From positions 176,806 through 240,805 of the forward strand of contig JACPJQ010000004.1 of the NCBI GenBank assembly GCA_016187465.1: 64,000 nt of DNA. Direction: 5' to 3'. The stretch is from Candidatus Woesearchaeota archaeon (GTDB taxonomy: Archaea; Nanobdellota; Nanobdellia; Woesearchaeales; GW2011-AR4). The position numbers were made by a program, and so were the translations under genes. Below the pieces are notes generated by a model that was not told where the DNA came from, ran no database searches, and worked only from the letters and a program-made list of their open reading frames with translations. Shown here piece by piece: positions 47,562 to 56,137 of the stretch (position 1 is its first letter; each line of letters starts with the position of its first letter).

Positions 47562-49274
47562 CTATTTCTTCATCATCCTCATCATCTCCTTCAAACTTCT
47601 CGTATTAATGATGTCTTTCTTTTCAGCCCATCCTCGCCTTGCAGTTCCGATTCCGAGCCTGATGAAATGCAGCTGGTCTGTGTTGTGGGCGTCTGTGCTT
47701 ATCACAAGCTTAACCCCCGCTTTTACAGCAGCCCTTGCATGCGAATCCTTTAAATCCAATCTTTCAGGATAGGAGTTTATCTCCATGATTGTGCCTGTTT
47801 TCTTAGCAGCTTCAAAAACGCTGTCCAAATCAATCTCATAGCCTTCTCTTTTCGTTATCAGCCTTCCGGTTGGATGGGCTATGATGTCAACATTCTCGTT
47901 TTCCATTGCCTTAATCATTCTTTTTGTTATCTTATCCTTTGGATTTTTAAATCCCGAATGTATCGAGGCAACAACAATGTCAAGCTGTTTCAAAACTTTA
48001 TCAGGCATGTCCAAGTTTCCATCGTCTTTTATATTCACCTCAACACCTTGCAATATCTTTATTCCGCTCAGCCTTTTATTAACTTTTTCAATCTCTTTTC
48101 TTTGCTTTAAAATCCTTTTTTCATCCAGGGCATTTGCTATTGCCAGCTTTCCTGTATGGTCTGTAATGCATATGTACCCATGTCCTAGATTTTTTGCCGC
48201 CAAAGCCATTTCTTCTATTGTATTGCTGCCGTCGCTCCATTTTGTGTGCATCTGCAAGTCTCCTTTAATGTCGTCATAGTTGACTAATTTTGGCAGCATG
48301 TGGCGCTGCGCCATCTCTATCTCGCCTTCATTTTCCCTCATCTCAGGCTCTATGCAGTCCATTCCAAGCTTTTTGTAGATTTCTTCTTCTGTTCTACCGG
48401 CAACAAGCTTGTCTGTTTTAGCGTCAAACAACCCGTATTCGCTTAGCTTAAGTCCCTTTTCTATTGCAATCCTTCTCAGCAAAATGTTGTGCTCTTTGTT
48501 GCCTGTAAAGTAAAGCAATGCAGCTCCGAAAATTTTGTCGTCCAAAACCCTTAAGTCAACCTGAATTCCTTCCTTCAGCCTTACAGAAGATTTTGTCGGC
48601 CCTTCTGCCAGCACTTGGGCAACATTAGGTATTTTCGTGAAAAAATCAATAACTTTTTCAGGAGCTTTTGATGTTGCAAGAATGTCAATATCACCAATTG
48701 TTTCCTTCATCCTTCTTGTTGAGCCTGCAATACTTGCCCTTGTTACTTCTTTTAAGGTTTTCAGCATCCTGACAACTTCTTCCGCGCTGCTTAGCGCAAA
48801 TCCAAGAGGCACTCTTTCGCTTGATTTTTTTGCAAACTCTATGCTTTTCAAAATGTTCTGCTCAACAGTCGGGCCTAATCCCCTGATTTTTTGTATTTTG
48901 CCTTGCTTTGCAGCTTTCTCCATATCACCAACGCTCTTGACTTTCAATTCCCTGTAGAGCTTCAGTATTGTTTTTGGCCCTATGCCTTCAATTTTGCCAA
49001 GCTGCTCCATGTCAACAGGCGTTTTTTTCTTAAGCTCTTCAAGATGCTTCGATTTGCCGCTTTTCAGAAAATCATCGATTTTTTTTGCAATCCCTTCTCC
49101 AACCCCGGGCAGCTCCATCAGCTTATTTTCCTTCCAGACTTCCTCAATGTCCTCGGAAAGCCCTTCTATGACCAAAGCAGCTTTCCTGTAAGCCCTTACC
49201 TTGAACGGCTCATTGGCAAACTCAAGATAATCCGCTATTTCATTGAGAAGCTCAGATACTTCAATGTTTTTCAT
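47562..49274 (-). CDS. polX: family X DNA polymerase with C-terminal PHP domain
   Basis: N-terminal HhH motifs. Pol-beta-like nucleotidyltransferase GSTRRMKETIGDIDIL. PHP His motifs DLQMHTKWSDG ... HTG ... DAHN. Confidence 0.9.
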   Translation of the reverse strand: MKNIEVSELLNEIADYLEFANEPFKVRAYRKAALVIEGLSEDIEEVWKENKLMELPGVGEGIAKKIDDFLKSGKSKHLEELKKKTPVDMEQLGKIEGIGPKTILKLYRELKVKSVGDMEKAAKQGKIQKIRGLGPTVEQNILKSIEFAKKSSERVPLGFALSSAEEVVRMLKTLKEVTRASIAGSTRRMKETIGDIDILATSKAPEKVIDFFTKIPNVAQVLAEGPTKSSVRLKEGIQVDLRVLDDKIFGAALLYFTGNKEHNILLRRIAIEKGLKLSEYGLFDAKTDKLVAGRTEEEIYKKLGMDCIEPEMRENEGEIEMAQRHMLPKLVNYDDIKGDLQMHTKWSDGSNTIEEMALAAKNLGHGYICITDHTGKLAIANALDEKRILKQRKEIEKVNKRLSGIKILQGVEVNIKDDGNLDMPDKVLKQLDIVVASIHSGFKNPKDKITKRMIKAMENENVDIIAHPTGRLITKREGYEIDLDSVFEAAKKTGTIMEINSYPERLDLKDSHARAAVKAGVKLVISTDAHNTDQLHFIRLGIGTARRGWAEKKDIINTRSLKEMMRMMKK

Positions 49275-49309
49275 AGAAAGAGATTTTAATTTTTAAGGTA
49301 TTTAAATAT

Positions 49310-49657
49310 TTAGGATTTAATGTTCTGCCGTGCTTCTTGCACCCAACCGCACTTTCCTAAAGCTTCAATGCAGACACATCCGTATCCTCGATTGATGGGA
49401 TGGGAAGGCACAATGTCGCATGTTGTAACAGCGCCCTCATACTTTTTAGGATTGTTCGTGCAAATGCCATGGCCGCCGCCACACCCTTCTCCTGCATAAT
49501 AACACTCAGATGCTGTGAGGCAGTTCCCTTCTGAATACGTTAGTAAGTATTCCTCTGGCAACTCTTTGCCTGTAGGCTCCTGCACTTCTTTTTTGGCACA
49601 GCTGCTGACCAATAAAATTCCCAAAATCAAAATAAAAAGCAGAGTATTTGATTTCAT
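49310..49657 (-). CDS. secreted/lipoprotein Cys-rich small protein
   Basis: Start at MKSNTLLFILILGILLVSSCAKK, a signal peptide with a lipobox-like SC. The mature part has 9 Cys (CLTASECYYAGEGCGGGHGICT...CVCIEALGKC). Confidence 0.45.
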   Translation of the reverse strand: MKSNTLLFILILGILLVSSCAKKEVQEPTGKELPEEYLLTYSEGNCLTASECYYAGEGCGGGHGICTNNPKKYEGAVTTCDIVPSHPINRGYGCVCIEALGKCGWVQEARQNIKS

Positions 49658-49709
49658 TTTCTTAAGACTACATGATGGGTATCCTCGCTTATTAAAATAT
49701 TTGGCATAT

Positions 49710-50228
49710 TTATAAAATGTGGCTGAATGCATGCTGGAGTCGTGCATAAGGTGAATTAACCTTCACGTCTTGATGTTTTATATATTCTTGTGCAAGATTA
49801 ACAAACGCAACCCTAGCTTCCCTGGTCCTCTTAAACAGAGAAGTATAGGTATCCAAGTCAACATCAGTCCCAAGTTTAGTCTCCTTAATATGTCCATCAA
49901 GTTGTGTTTTTAAGTTGTGGTATTCTTTAAGTTTGCTCTTAAGTTCTTTGGAATCCTTGCCATTCACTGTAGACTTTTTTCCTTCACTATTTACATAAGC
50001 TTCAACTAAAAACACATCCTGTACAAACTGAATTATGTTGTCATCCAATCCCCCATCATATGGTGTCTTGGGGTTTAGGGGGTGCGGCTTGCCATTACTT
50101 CTTATTTGAATAGAACAATAGACACCTCCCCTTATGCTTTCGAGTGTTGGAGCTATATCTATTGGATTCCCATTAGAACCACTTATCATTTTTTCCAGAA
50201 TTTTACGATTCTCTTCCAATAGACCCAT
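49710..50228 (-). CDS. hypothetical protein
   Basis: 172-aa ORF. Confidence 0.4.
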   Translation of the reverse strand: MGLLEENRKILEKMISGSNGNPIDIAPTLESIRGGVYCSIQIRSNGKPHPLNPKTPYDGGLDDNIIQFVQDVFLVEAYVNSEGKKSTVNGKDSKELKSKLKEYHNLKTQLDGHIKETKLGTDVDLDTYTSLFKRTREARVAFVNLAQEYIKHQDVKVNSPYARLQHAFSHIL

Positions 50229-50337
50229 GTTGTTATGAACTTATTAGCATCTGTTAATAAATCTTACGATACTTGGATACTCGACTTTTCCTGTTTTTGG
50301 TTTAACCCACTGTAATTTGCTTCCACTAGGATGTCTA

Positions 50338-50760
50338 TCATTTCCTTTTATACAAAAACTGATTCACCTTTCTTAATAAGTCCTTCGAGGTGTTGAAAGT
50401 CAGCTTTCTCTGGGCATGCTCGTAGCTCATCCACGCGTATCCGATATGCTCCCTTGAAAGCTTTACACTTTCAGTTGCTGATTGAACAATAAAGAAAACA
50501 ACTTCCTTGTAAACAGTTTCCTCGCCTTTTTTGTAGAAATAATTTATAATTTCCCTGAAACCATCCAAAATTTCTATGTCTTCAATGCCGGTCTCTTCCT
50601 TGATTTCTCTCGCTGCTGTCTGCTCCTCTTTCTCATTCTTTTCCTGATTGCCTTTGGGAAAATCCCAGTGGCCTGCCTCGTAATGAAGAAGAAGATACTT
50701 GACAGAGCCGTCTTTCTGGCTTTTGTAGACAACTGCTCCGCAGCTCTTTTCCTTTGCCAT
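50338..50760 (-). CDS. NUDIX hydrolase
   Basis: Nudix box GHWDFPKGNQEKNEKEEQTAAREIKEETGI. Confidence 0.85.
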   Translation of the reverse strand: MAKEKSCGAVVYKSQKDGSVKYLLLHYEAGHWDFPKGNQEKNEKEEQTAAREIKEETGIEDIEILDGFREIINYFYKKGEETVYKEVVFFIVQSATESVKLSREHIGYAWMSYEHAQRKLTFNTSKDLLRKVNQFLYKRK

Positions 50761-51128
50761 TTAGCTGTGGCAATACCAATTTATATAAAAACTTTTATTT
50801 CAAAAACGAAGTTCTTAAATATAACCTATACTTCATAAGACATACTTTTAAATATATATATTATAAAATAACAAAGTTTATATACAACAAGTATTCTTAA
50901 CATCTGCAATAGCTTTCTAAACCTATTGCAGTTTATACTCATAAATTAAACTTTCCAAGATATAATATTGGGAAAAACGGGGTGGAAGGGCATAGAGCGT
51001 AAATGAGAGATAGGGGTAAAGATATCATATTTTTAACTTATCCCACCTTTTAAGGGGGTGTAGGAGTTTTTCTATCACCTCTTTTCTTCTGCGCTCAACC
51101 TTAAAAGAGTGGGATTTCATATTACAAG

Positions 51129-51671
51129 GTGAAAATGAAGCTGACAAACACAAAAATCAACGATACGGTAAAGGAAGTGATAGGGGAAGATTCTATTGAC
51201 ATAATTGAGTACCTTAAAGACAAGAAGAACATTTCTGATTTTAAGATTGCTGAAAAGGTTGATATGGACATTCATGAAGTAAGAAACATACTTTACCGGC
51301 TTTACAACCACAATCTTGTGAGCTATTACAGGAAAAAAGACAGGCAGAAAGGGTGGTACATAAGCTACTGGACATTTAACAAGAAAAGAATCAAGGAATT
51401 GCTTGACAAGACTAATAAGGAGAAACTTGCCAAATACACTGTCAGGCTTAGGGAAGAGGAAGCAAACGTAGGCAATTTTTACCTGTGTCCAAATGCTTGC
51501 GTGAGAGTTGGCTTTGAGAGAGCCGTTGACTTAGAGTACAGGTGTCCGGAGTGCGGCAACATACTAAACCACCAGGATAACACAAAAACCATTGATTTCT
51601 TAAGGACAAAGATTAAAGAACTGCAGATGAACGGCATTAGAAATGGAAAAGCCTTGAAAGGAAGGGCTTAG
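51129..51671 (+). CDS. tfe: transcription factor E alpha subunit (TFE)
   Basis: Winged helix with GWYISYW block. C-terminal zinc ribbon CPNAC...CPECG. Confidence 0.7.
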   Translation: MKMKLTNTKINDTVKEVIGEDSIDIIEYLKDKKNISDFKIAEKVDMDIHEVRNILYRLYNHNLVSYYRKKDRQKGWYISYWTFNKKRIKELLDKTNKEKLAKYTVRLREEEANVGNFYLCPNACVRVGFERAVDLEYRCPECGNILNHQDNTKTIDFLRTKIKELQMNGIRNGKALKGRA

Positions 51672-51694
51672 AGTTATTATTTTTTAAATAATTT

Positions 51695-52045
51695 TTACGC
51701 TATCTGTCCATGGTTTTTGGGTGTGTAGTGACCAATCATCTTGTCGTATTCCTCAAAAGCTTTAATACTATAATATGCTTTCACAGCATCCAAAGCTTCA
51801 CTACCCTTAATCCTTTCTACACCTAATTCTTCCATAACTCCTACCAAGCCGTCTTTAGTAGAAGCACCTGCAGCAAATATTATTACACTAGAATCATCCC
51901 TTACCTTTAATGACATAATAGCTGTTATCTGGACTCCATGTTTAATACGATTATTTATCGCGGCATCAGTATTTAGATTCGCAATAAAACGATCATAATC
52001 TTTCACTTTGAGTAATACACTTGTATATTTTGGTTTGGAATCCAT
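51695..52045 (-). CDS. hypothetical protein
   Basis: 116-aa ORF. Confidence 0.4.
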   Translation of the reverse strand: MDSKPKYTSVLLKVKDYDRFIANLNTDAAINNRIKHGVQITAIMSLKVRDDSSVIIFAAGASTKDGLVGVMEELGVERIKGSEALDAVKAYYSIKAFEEYDKMIGHYTPKNHGQIA

Positions 52046-52074
52046 CTTACAACCTTTTTAATGTACCTCCTTAT

Positions 52075-53028
52075 TTAATCTTTTCTAATCTTCGCAACAA
52101 AGAATCCTTCCGTATCATTGTCCTGCGGCCATATTCTTAAGCATCTCTTGATTTGCTCATCATATTTTTTGTTTTCAAATTCCAAGATTGCAGGGCTCCT
52201 GTTTAATTTCAGCTTTACTTCTTCTAATTTAGCATTATCATATTTTTTTAACAGGAAATCAACAACCCCTTCATTTTCCTCAGGCTCAAGAGAGCATGTT
52301 GAATAAACAAGAGTTCCGTTTTCTTTTAACAAATTAAACCCAGTCTCTATAAGCTGCTTTTGCGTAATTGAAAGCCTTCTTACCATATCCGGATTCCATA
52401 TGTAAATTGTTTTCAGGCTTTTTCTTATAGTTCCAGTGCCGGAGCATGGAGCGTCAACAAGCACCCTGTCAAACTCTATTCCCGATCTCTTGAACCACTG
52501 GCCTTCCATAAGGGTTATTACAGCGTTTGTAACTCCGCATCTCTGCAAGTTTATCGACAACGGCTTCATTCTTTCAATTGTATAGTCATTTGCAATCAAA
52601 ATACCCTTGTTTTGCATGTACTGCGCTATCTGCGTTGTCTTGCTTCCGGGAGATGCTGCCACGTCAAGAACAATCTCATTTGGCTTCGGCTCAAGCACAA
52701 GCGGAGGAATCATGGATGCAGCTTCCTGAAGATAAAAATAGCCAAGGGAATGCTCAATCAGGTTGCCCACATCTCTCCTTTCCTTTTTTGCGTGCTCTAT
52801 CCAGAACCCTTCCCTGCACCATGGAATTTGCTCAAGATTCCAGTTTTTTTCCAATCTTTTTTTTAATTCGTTTATTGTCATTTTTAATGTGTTCACCCGT
52901 ATTGAGCGTTTTAAGAATGACAATGAACACTGACTAAACCCTTTCCAGTCTGTCAGTTTTGAGTACCTTTCAATAAACCTCGGCTTGAATTGTATTTCCT
53001 GTTGCGGTATTTGCTCATCCATGGGCAA
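52075..53028 (-). CDS. NOL1/NOP2/Sun-family RNA cytosine-C5 methyltransferase
   Basis: SAM motif LDVAASPGSKTTQIA. Catalytic DAPCSGTG and YSTCSLEPEENE. Confidence 0.85.
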   Translation of the reverse strand: MPMDEQIPQQEIQFKPRFIERYSKLTDWKGFSQCSLSFLKRSIRVNTLKMTINELKKRLEKNWNLEQIPWCREGFWIEHAKKERRDVGNLIEHSLGYFYLQEAASMIPPLVLEPKPNEIVLDVAASPGSKTTQIAQYMQNKGILIANDYTIERMKPLSINLQRCGVTNAVITLMEGQWFKRSGIEFDRVLVDAPCSGTGTIRKSLKTIYIWNPDMVRRLSITQKQLIETGFNLLKENGTLVYSTCSLEPEENEGVVDFLLKKYDNAKLEEVKLKLNRSPAILEFENKKYDEQIKRCLRIWPQDNDTEGFFVAKIRKD

Positions 53029-53078
53029 AGAATCCTTTAGGTTAATTTAAATCTTTATGAATTCGAACTCTGTCTAAC

Positions 53079-54332
53079 CTATGGGTGATGTTTTTGTTTG
53101 TCTAATTCGGGTGATAAACTTAACTTCAACAACGAAAGCCATCGGTTTCTACCTAAAACATCAATCCCGCAAGCTTGTGCAGGAGTTAATCCTTTAAGGT
53201 AACTTCCATTATTTTTTTGTATGAAGTTGTTATAAACTCTGAAACCATTACCCCATTGCTCTAATGTTTCTTCTGTTTTAAAATCTCGCCTTATCTTGTC
53301 AAATTCCCTATATTGATTATGGAATCTTTCAACAAGCATATTTTCCCATTGCTTGACTTTTGGGCTTGTTGTTGGTCTATGTTCTACACTATTTCTTCGC
53401 ATGGTCAAAAATTCTTTTCTGATTGCTTCTCTGTAAGAATAAAGCCCATCGCTTGAAATTTCTAAATCCTTAAACGATTCATCGTGCTTGTTTTTCTGCA
53501 AATTTTCTTTTCCTTTCTTGAATACTTGCCTTGCCTCTTTAATGCTTCTTTGTTGGGTTAAATTATTGGCTACTTGCCATCTTGTTTTTTTGTCTATTAA
53601 ATTCCATTTCCAGAGCCATTCGCCTTTGCATTTAACTTTTTGCTCATCAACACCCCAATTTTTGCTTAATTGTGGATTAAGCTTATTGCTGTATTCATTC
53701 ATCTTATTTGTGAATTTTAAGATGTTCTGCCTTATTGTTTCGTGGTTGATTTTCACTCCGAAACTTTGAAATAAAGTGTCTTTAATATCCCTTAAAGAAT
53801 TTCCTTTGAAATACAAATCACAAGCCAAGCAGAGCATTTTGGCATTAAGCAGATGATTTTTTAATGGCTCTAACGTAAATCTCTTTTGGCAATCTTTACA
53901 GGAATATCTTTGCCTTATTCCTATCTTTGTTTTTCTCTTACCATTATTGACAATATTCTTGCTTTTACATTCGGGGCAATTCTTCTCGTTTTCTGTTAAA
54001 TTCAAGTCCTCAAAAAATCCAAGCACTTCATTATCTTGGCTATTCCTTAATTTAGTCCAAAATTCTATGCACATTATATGTTTGCATTTCATACCTCTTT
54101 CTTTACATCTGCTCTGGAAATCAGGGCATTCACAATTCCAACCATTTATGCTTGTAACTTTGTATTTTTTATCTGAATTTTGGGAAGGCACTAAAAATTC
54201 CTCATTGCTTACAGCAATTGGCTTATCGCCTTTTGCCAGTATAGAATATCCTCGTATCCTTCTATCAATCAAAAAGTTTTTATTGTCTAAAGTTTCTGTG
54301 TCCTTATGAGGACTGATTTGGTTCGTTGCCAT
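53079..54332 (-). CDS. IS1-family-like DDE transposase with N-terminal SWIM zinc finger and zinc ribbon
   Basis: SWIM-like CECPDFQSRC...CKHIMC. Zinc ribbon CPECKSK...CKDCQKRF. InsB-like blocks GVDEQKVKCKGEWLWKW, SSDGLYSYREAI and ERFHNQYREF. Confidence 0.65.
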   Translation of the reverse strand: MATNQISPHKDTETLDNKNFLIDRRIRGYSILAKGDKPIAVSNEEFLVPSQNSDKKYKVTSINGWNCECPDFQSRCKERGMKCKHIMCIEFWTKLRNSQDNEVLGFFEDLNLTENEKNCPECKSKNIVNNGKRKTKIGIRQRYSCKDCQKRFTLEPLKNHLLNAKMLCLACDLYFKGNSLRDIKDTLFQSFGVKINHETIRQNILKFTNKMNEYSNKLNPQLSKNWGVDEQKVKCKGEWLWKWNLIDKKTRWQVANNLTQQRSIKEARQVFKKGKENLQKNKHDESFKDLEISSDGLYSYREAIRKEFLTMRRNSVEHRPTTSPKVKQWENMLVERFHNQYREFDKIRRDFKTEETLEQWGNGFRVYNNFIQKNNGSYLKGLTPAQACGIDVLGRNRWLSLLKLSLSPELDKQKHHP

Positions 54333-54377
54333 TTTAGTTTCTCCGCTTTGTTGGTGCTACAAACACCAGCAAAGCAC

Positions 54378-54530
54378 TTATTTTTTCTTATTTTGTTCTA
54401 AATCTTTTCTGATTAAGACAGCAATTCTTGAACTTAACATCATGCCTTCTTTTTGGCAATATTTTGTGAACTCGTTCAATAAGTCCTCTGGCAATGAAAT
54501 ATTAAGTCTTTTGTATTGTTGCTTACTCAT
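54378..54530 (-). CDS. ribbon-helix-helix (CopG/Arc-like) small DNA-binding protein (50 aa)
   Basis: MSKQQYKRLNISLPEDLLNEFTKYCQKEGMMLSSRIAVLIRKDLEQNKKK matches the RHH pattern. Lies upstream of and co-oriented with the transposase, inside the element. Confidence 0.5.
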   Translation of the reverse strand: MSKQQYKRLNISLPEDLLNEFTKYCQKEGMMLSSRIAVLIRKDLEQNKKK

Positions 54531-54769
54531 ACACAATAGTAAGTAAGAGTAGTATTTAAAGGTTTCGGTTTATTTGCAATTGGAATATATAGTTTAGAGT
54601 ATATAAGAATTAATAGAAAAATTTATTAACAAGTTTAATTTTCATTATAGAATAGATGATAAACAACATCAAAGACAATTGCTATAGTGATTTTGTAATT
54701 CTTAATTATTTTAGCAGTAAAACCGAAAGGTTTAAAAAGGGATATATATGATAAAACAAGGTGTGAAAA

Positions 54770-54997
54770 ATGGTATATGACGAAATAAGATTTGGATTCG
54801 CTGAAGATTTACCAGAAGACTTAAAGAGATGCACCGATATTAAAAAAGGTCTTGTTGTTGTAAAGGCAAAAATTGGTTCAATTCCTAAATATGAGATTGA
54901 ATCTGTAATAGGAAGTCCATCAGATTACATAAAAAGTTTAGCAAAAAAAGAAAAAATTAATATGGGAAAAATTTTTTCTAAATTTAAAGATGAATAA
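54770..54997 (+). CDS. hypothetical passenger protein (75 aa)
   Basis: ORF inside the element. Confidence 0.35.
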   Translation: MVYDEIRFGFAEDLPEDLKRCTDIKKGLVVVKAKIGSIPKYEIESVIGSPSDYIKSLAKKEKINMGKIFSKFKDE

Positions 54998-55008
54998 GGT
55001 GTTTAACT

Positions 55009-55584
55009 TTGTTTACAATAGAAGAAATAAAATTAATACGAGAAAAAATAAAAGAATTACCAATATTGATAGTAGTCCACGATACAATTCTAAATGATAT
55101 ATATGGCAAAAAGAATTTTTCCCCATTTAATATATCTGCACAATTTATTGAAAATTATTTCTTAACTCGAAATTTAATAAGAGGATTTGGAGATGAGGGA
55201 AGAGATTGCATAACAACAAAACAGGTTTTTGATTCTCTTAATTCTTCAAAATATAATACATGGGTCGCTATTCAAAATTGGATAAAAAAAGATGACTTTA
55301 CAGAAAAAATCCTCTCGCTTGGTGAAAGGTCTTCTGTTTATGCCACAGCTCACAACTGGGGGTTAAAAACTCTATCTAAAGGTGGTAAAACTATAATTTT
55401 AGCGGTTAATGATGAGGAAATAGGAGAAAAAATAATAGAAGTTTATAAAAACTCTGGAAGGCGGTGGGTTAAACATGTTAGTGATTTACCATTTTTTATT
55501 AAGAATACTAACGAATTATTGGAACAATTAAAAATAGTAGATAGAGAATTTTTTAATTGGTTTTCTTCTACATATAAAAAATAA
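55009..55584 (+). CDS. hypothetical passenger protein (191 aa)
   Basis: ORF inside the element. No motif. Confidence 0.4.
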   Translation: MFTIEEIKLIREKIKELPILIVVHDTILNDIYGKKNFSPFNISAQFIENYFLTRNLIRGFGDEGRDCITTKQVFDSLNSSKYNTWVAIQNWIKKDDFTEKILSLGERSSVYATAHNWGLKTLSKGGKTIILAVNDEEIGEKIIEVYKNSGRRWVKHVSDLPFFIKNTNELLEQLKIVDREFFNWFSSTYKK

Positions 55585-55684
55585 TTTTATATTATCACCC
55601 GCGATAGACAACTTATTCTATCACCCGAGATTTAGACAGAGTTTGAATTCGGAAAGTATATAAGGAGCAAGAATAAACTAATCT

Positions 55685-56116
55685 ATGGGTCTTATGGCTA
55701 ATTTACACGTTGAGGAATTAACAAGTTGGGATTTGCCATTGAATGCTAAAAATCTTCATGATATTTTGGCTTTTGTTAACAAATACCAAGAGGCAGAACT
55801 AAAAGTTGTGCTACCCCCTGGCATTGGTGTTTTTATGTCTGAAACCCATTATAATGAATTGGAAGAAACTTTAATGCGTGATAAGAAACCAGATTATACG
55901 GCTGAGCCACGAAGATCTCATGGGCAAGGCCATAAAAAAATTCCAGGCCAGAGTTTTTCATACTGGAAAGTGGATAGTTTAAGCGAAGTTGTTTCTGCAG
56001 TTGCAGCATCTCAAAAAGATGTGCGAAGAATTCAAAATAAGAATAAACTTATTGGGGTTGCAATGTCTTATGGCGTGTATGACTCTTTGAGAGAAGCAAA
56101 TCTCGTTAAAGCGTAA
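55685..56116 (+). CDS. hypothetical protein
   Basis: 143-aa ORF. Confidence 0.4.
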   Translation: MGLMANLHVEELTSWDLPLNAKNLHDILAFVNKYQEAELKVVLPPGIGVFMSETHYNELEETLMRDKKPDYTAEPRRSHGQGHKKIPGQSFSYWKVDSLSEVVSAVAASQKDVRRIQNKNKLIGVAMSYGVYDSLREANLVKA

Positions 56117-56137
56117 AGTGATATAATGTTTGTATAA

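Larger units (their letters stand above)
53059..55650. mobile_element. IS1-like insertion element (about 2.6 kb) with 19-25 bp terminal inverted repeats and passenger ORFs
   Basis: Left end GAATTCGAACTCTGTCTAA (53059-53077). The reverse complement of the right end (55632-55650) is GAATTCAAACTCTGTCTAA, an 18/19 match. Subterminal GGGTGAT/ATCACCC repeats occur twice inside each end. Confidence 0.7.

Noticed and set aside
50761-51128. 368-nt intergenic region upstream of TFE with repeated ACCUUUUAAGGGGG / ACCUUAAAAGAGUGGG motifs
   Set aside because: Only weak imperfect hairpins were found. It is more likely promoter/UTR sequence than a discrete RNA gene.
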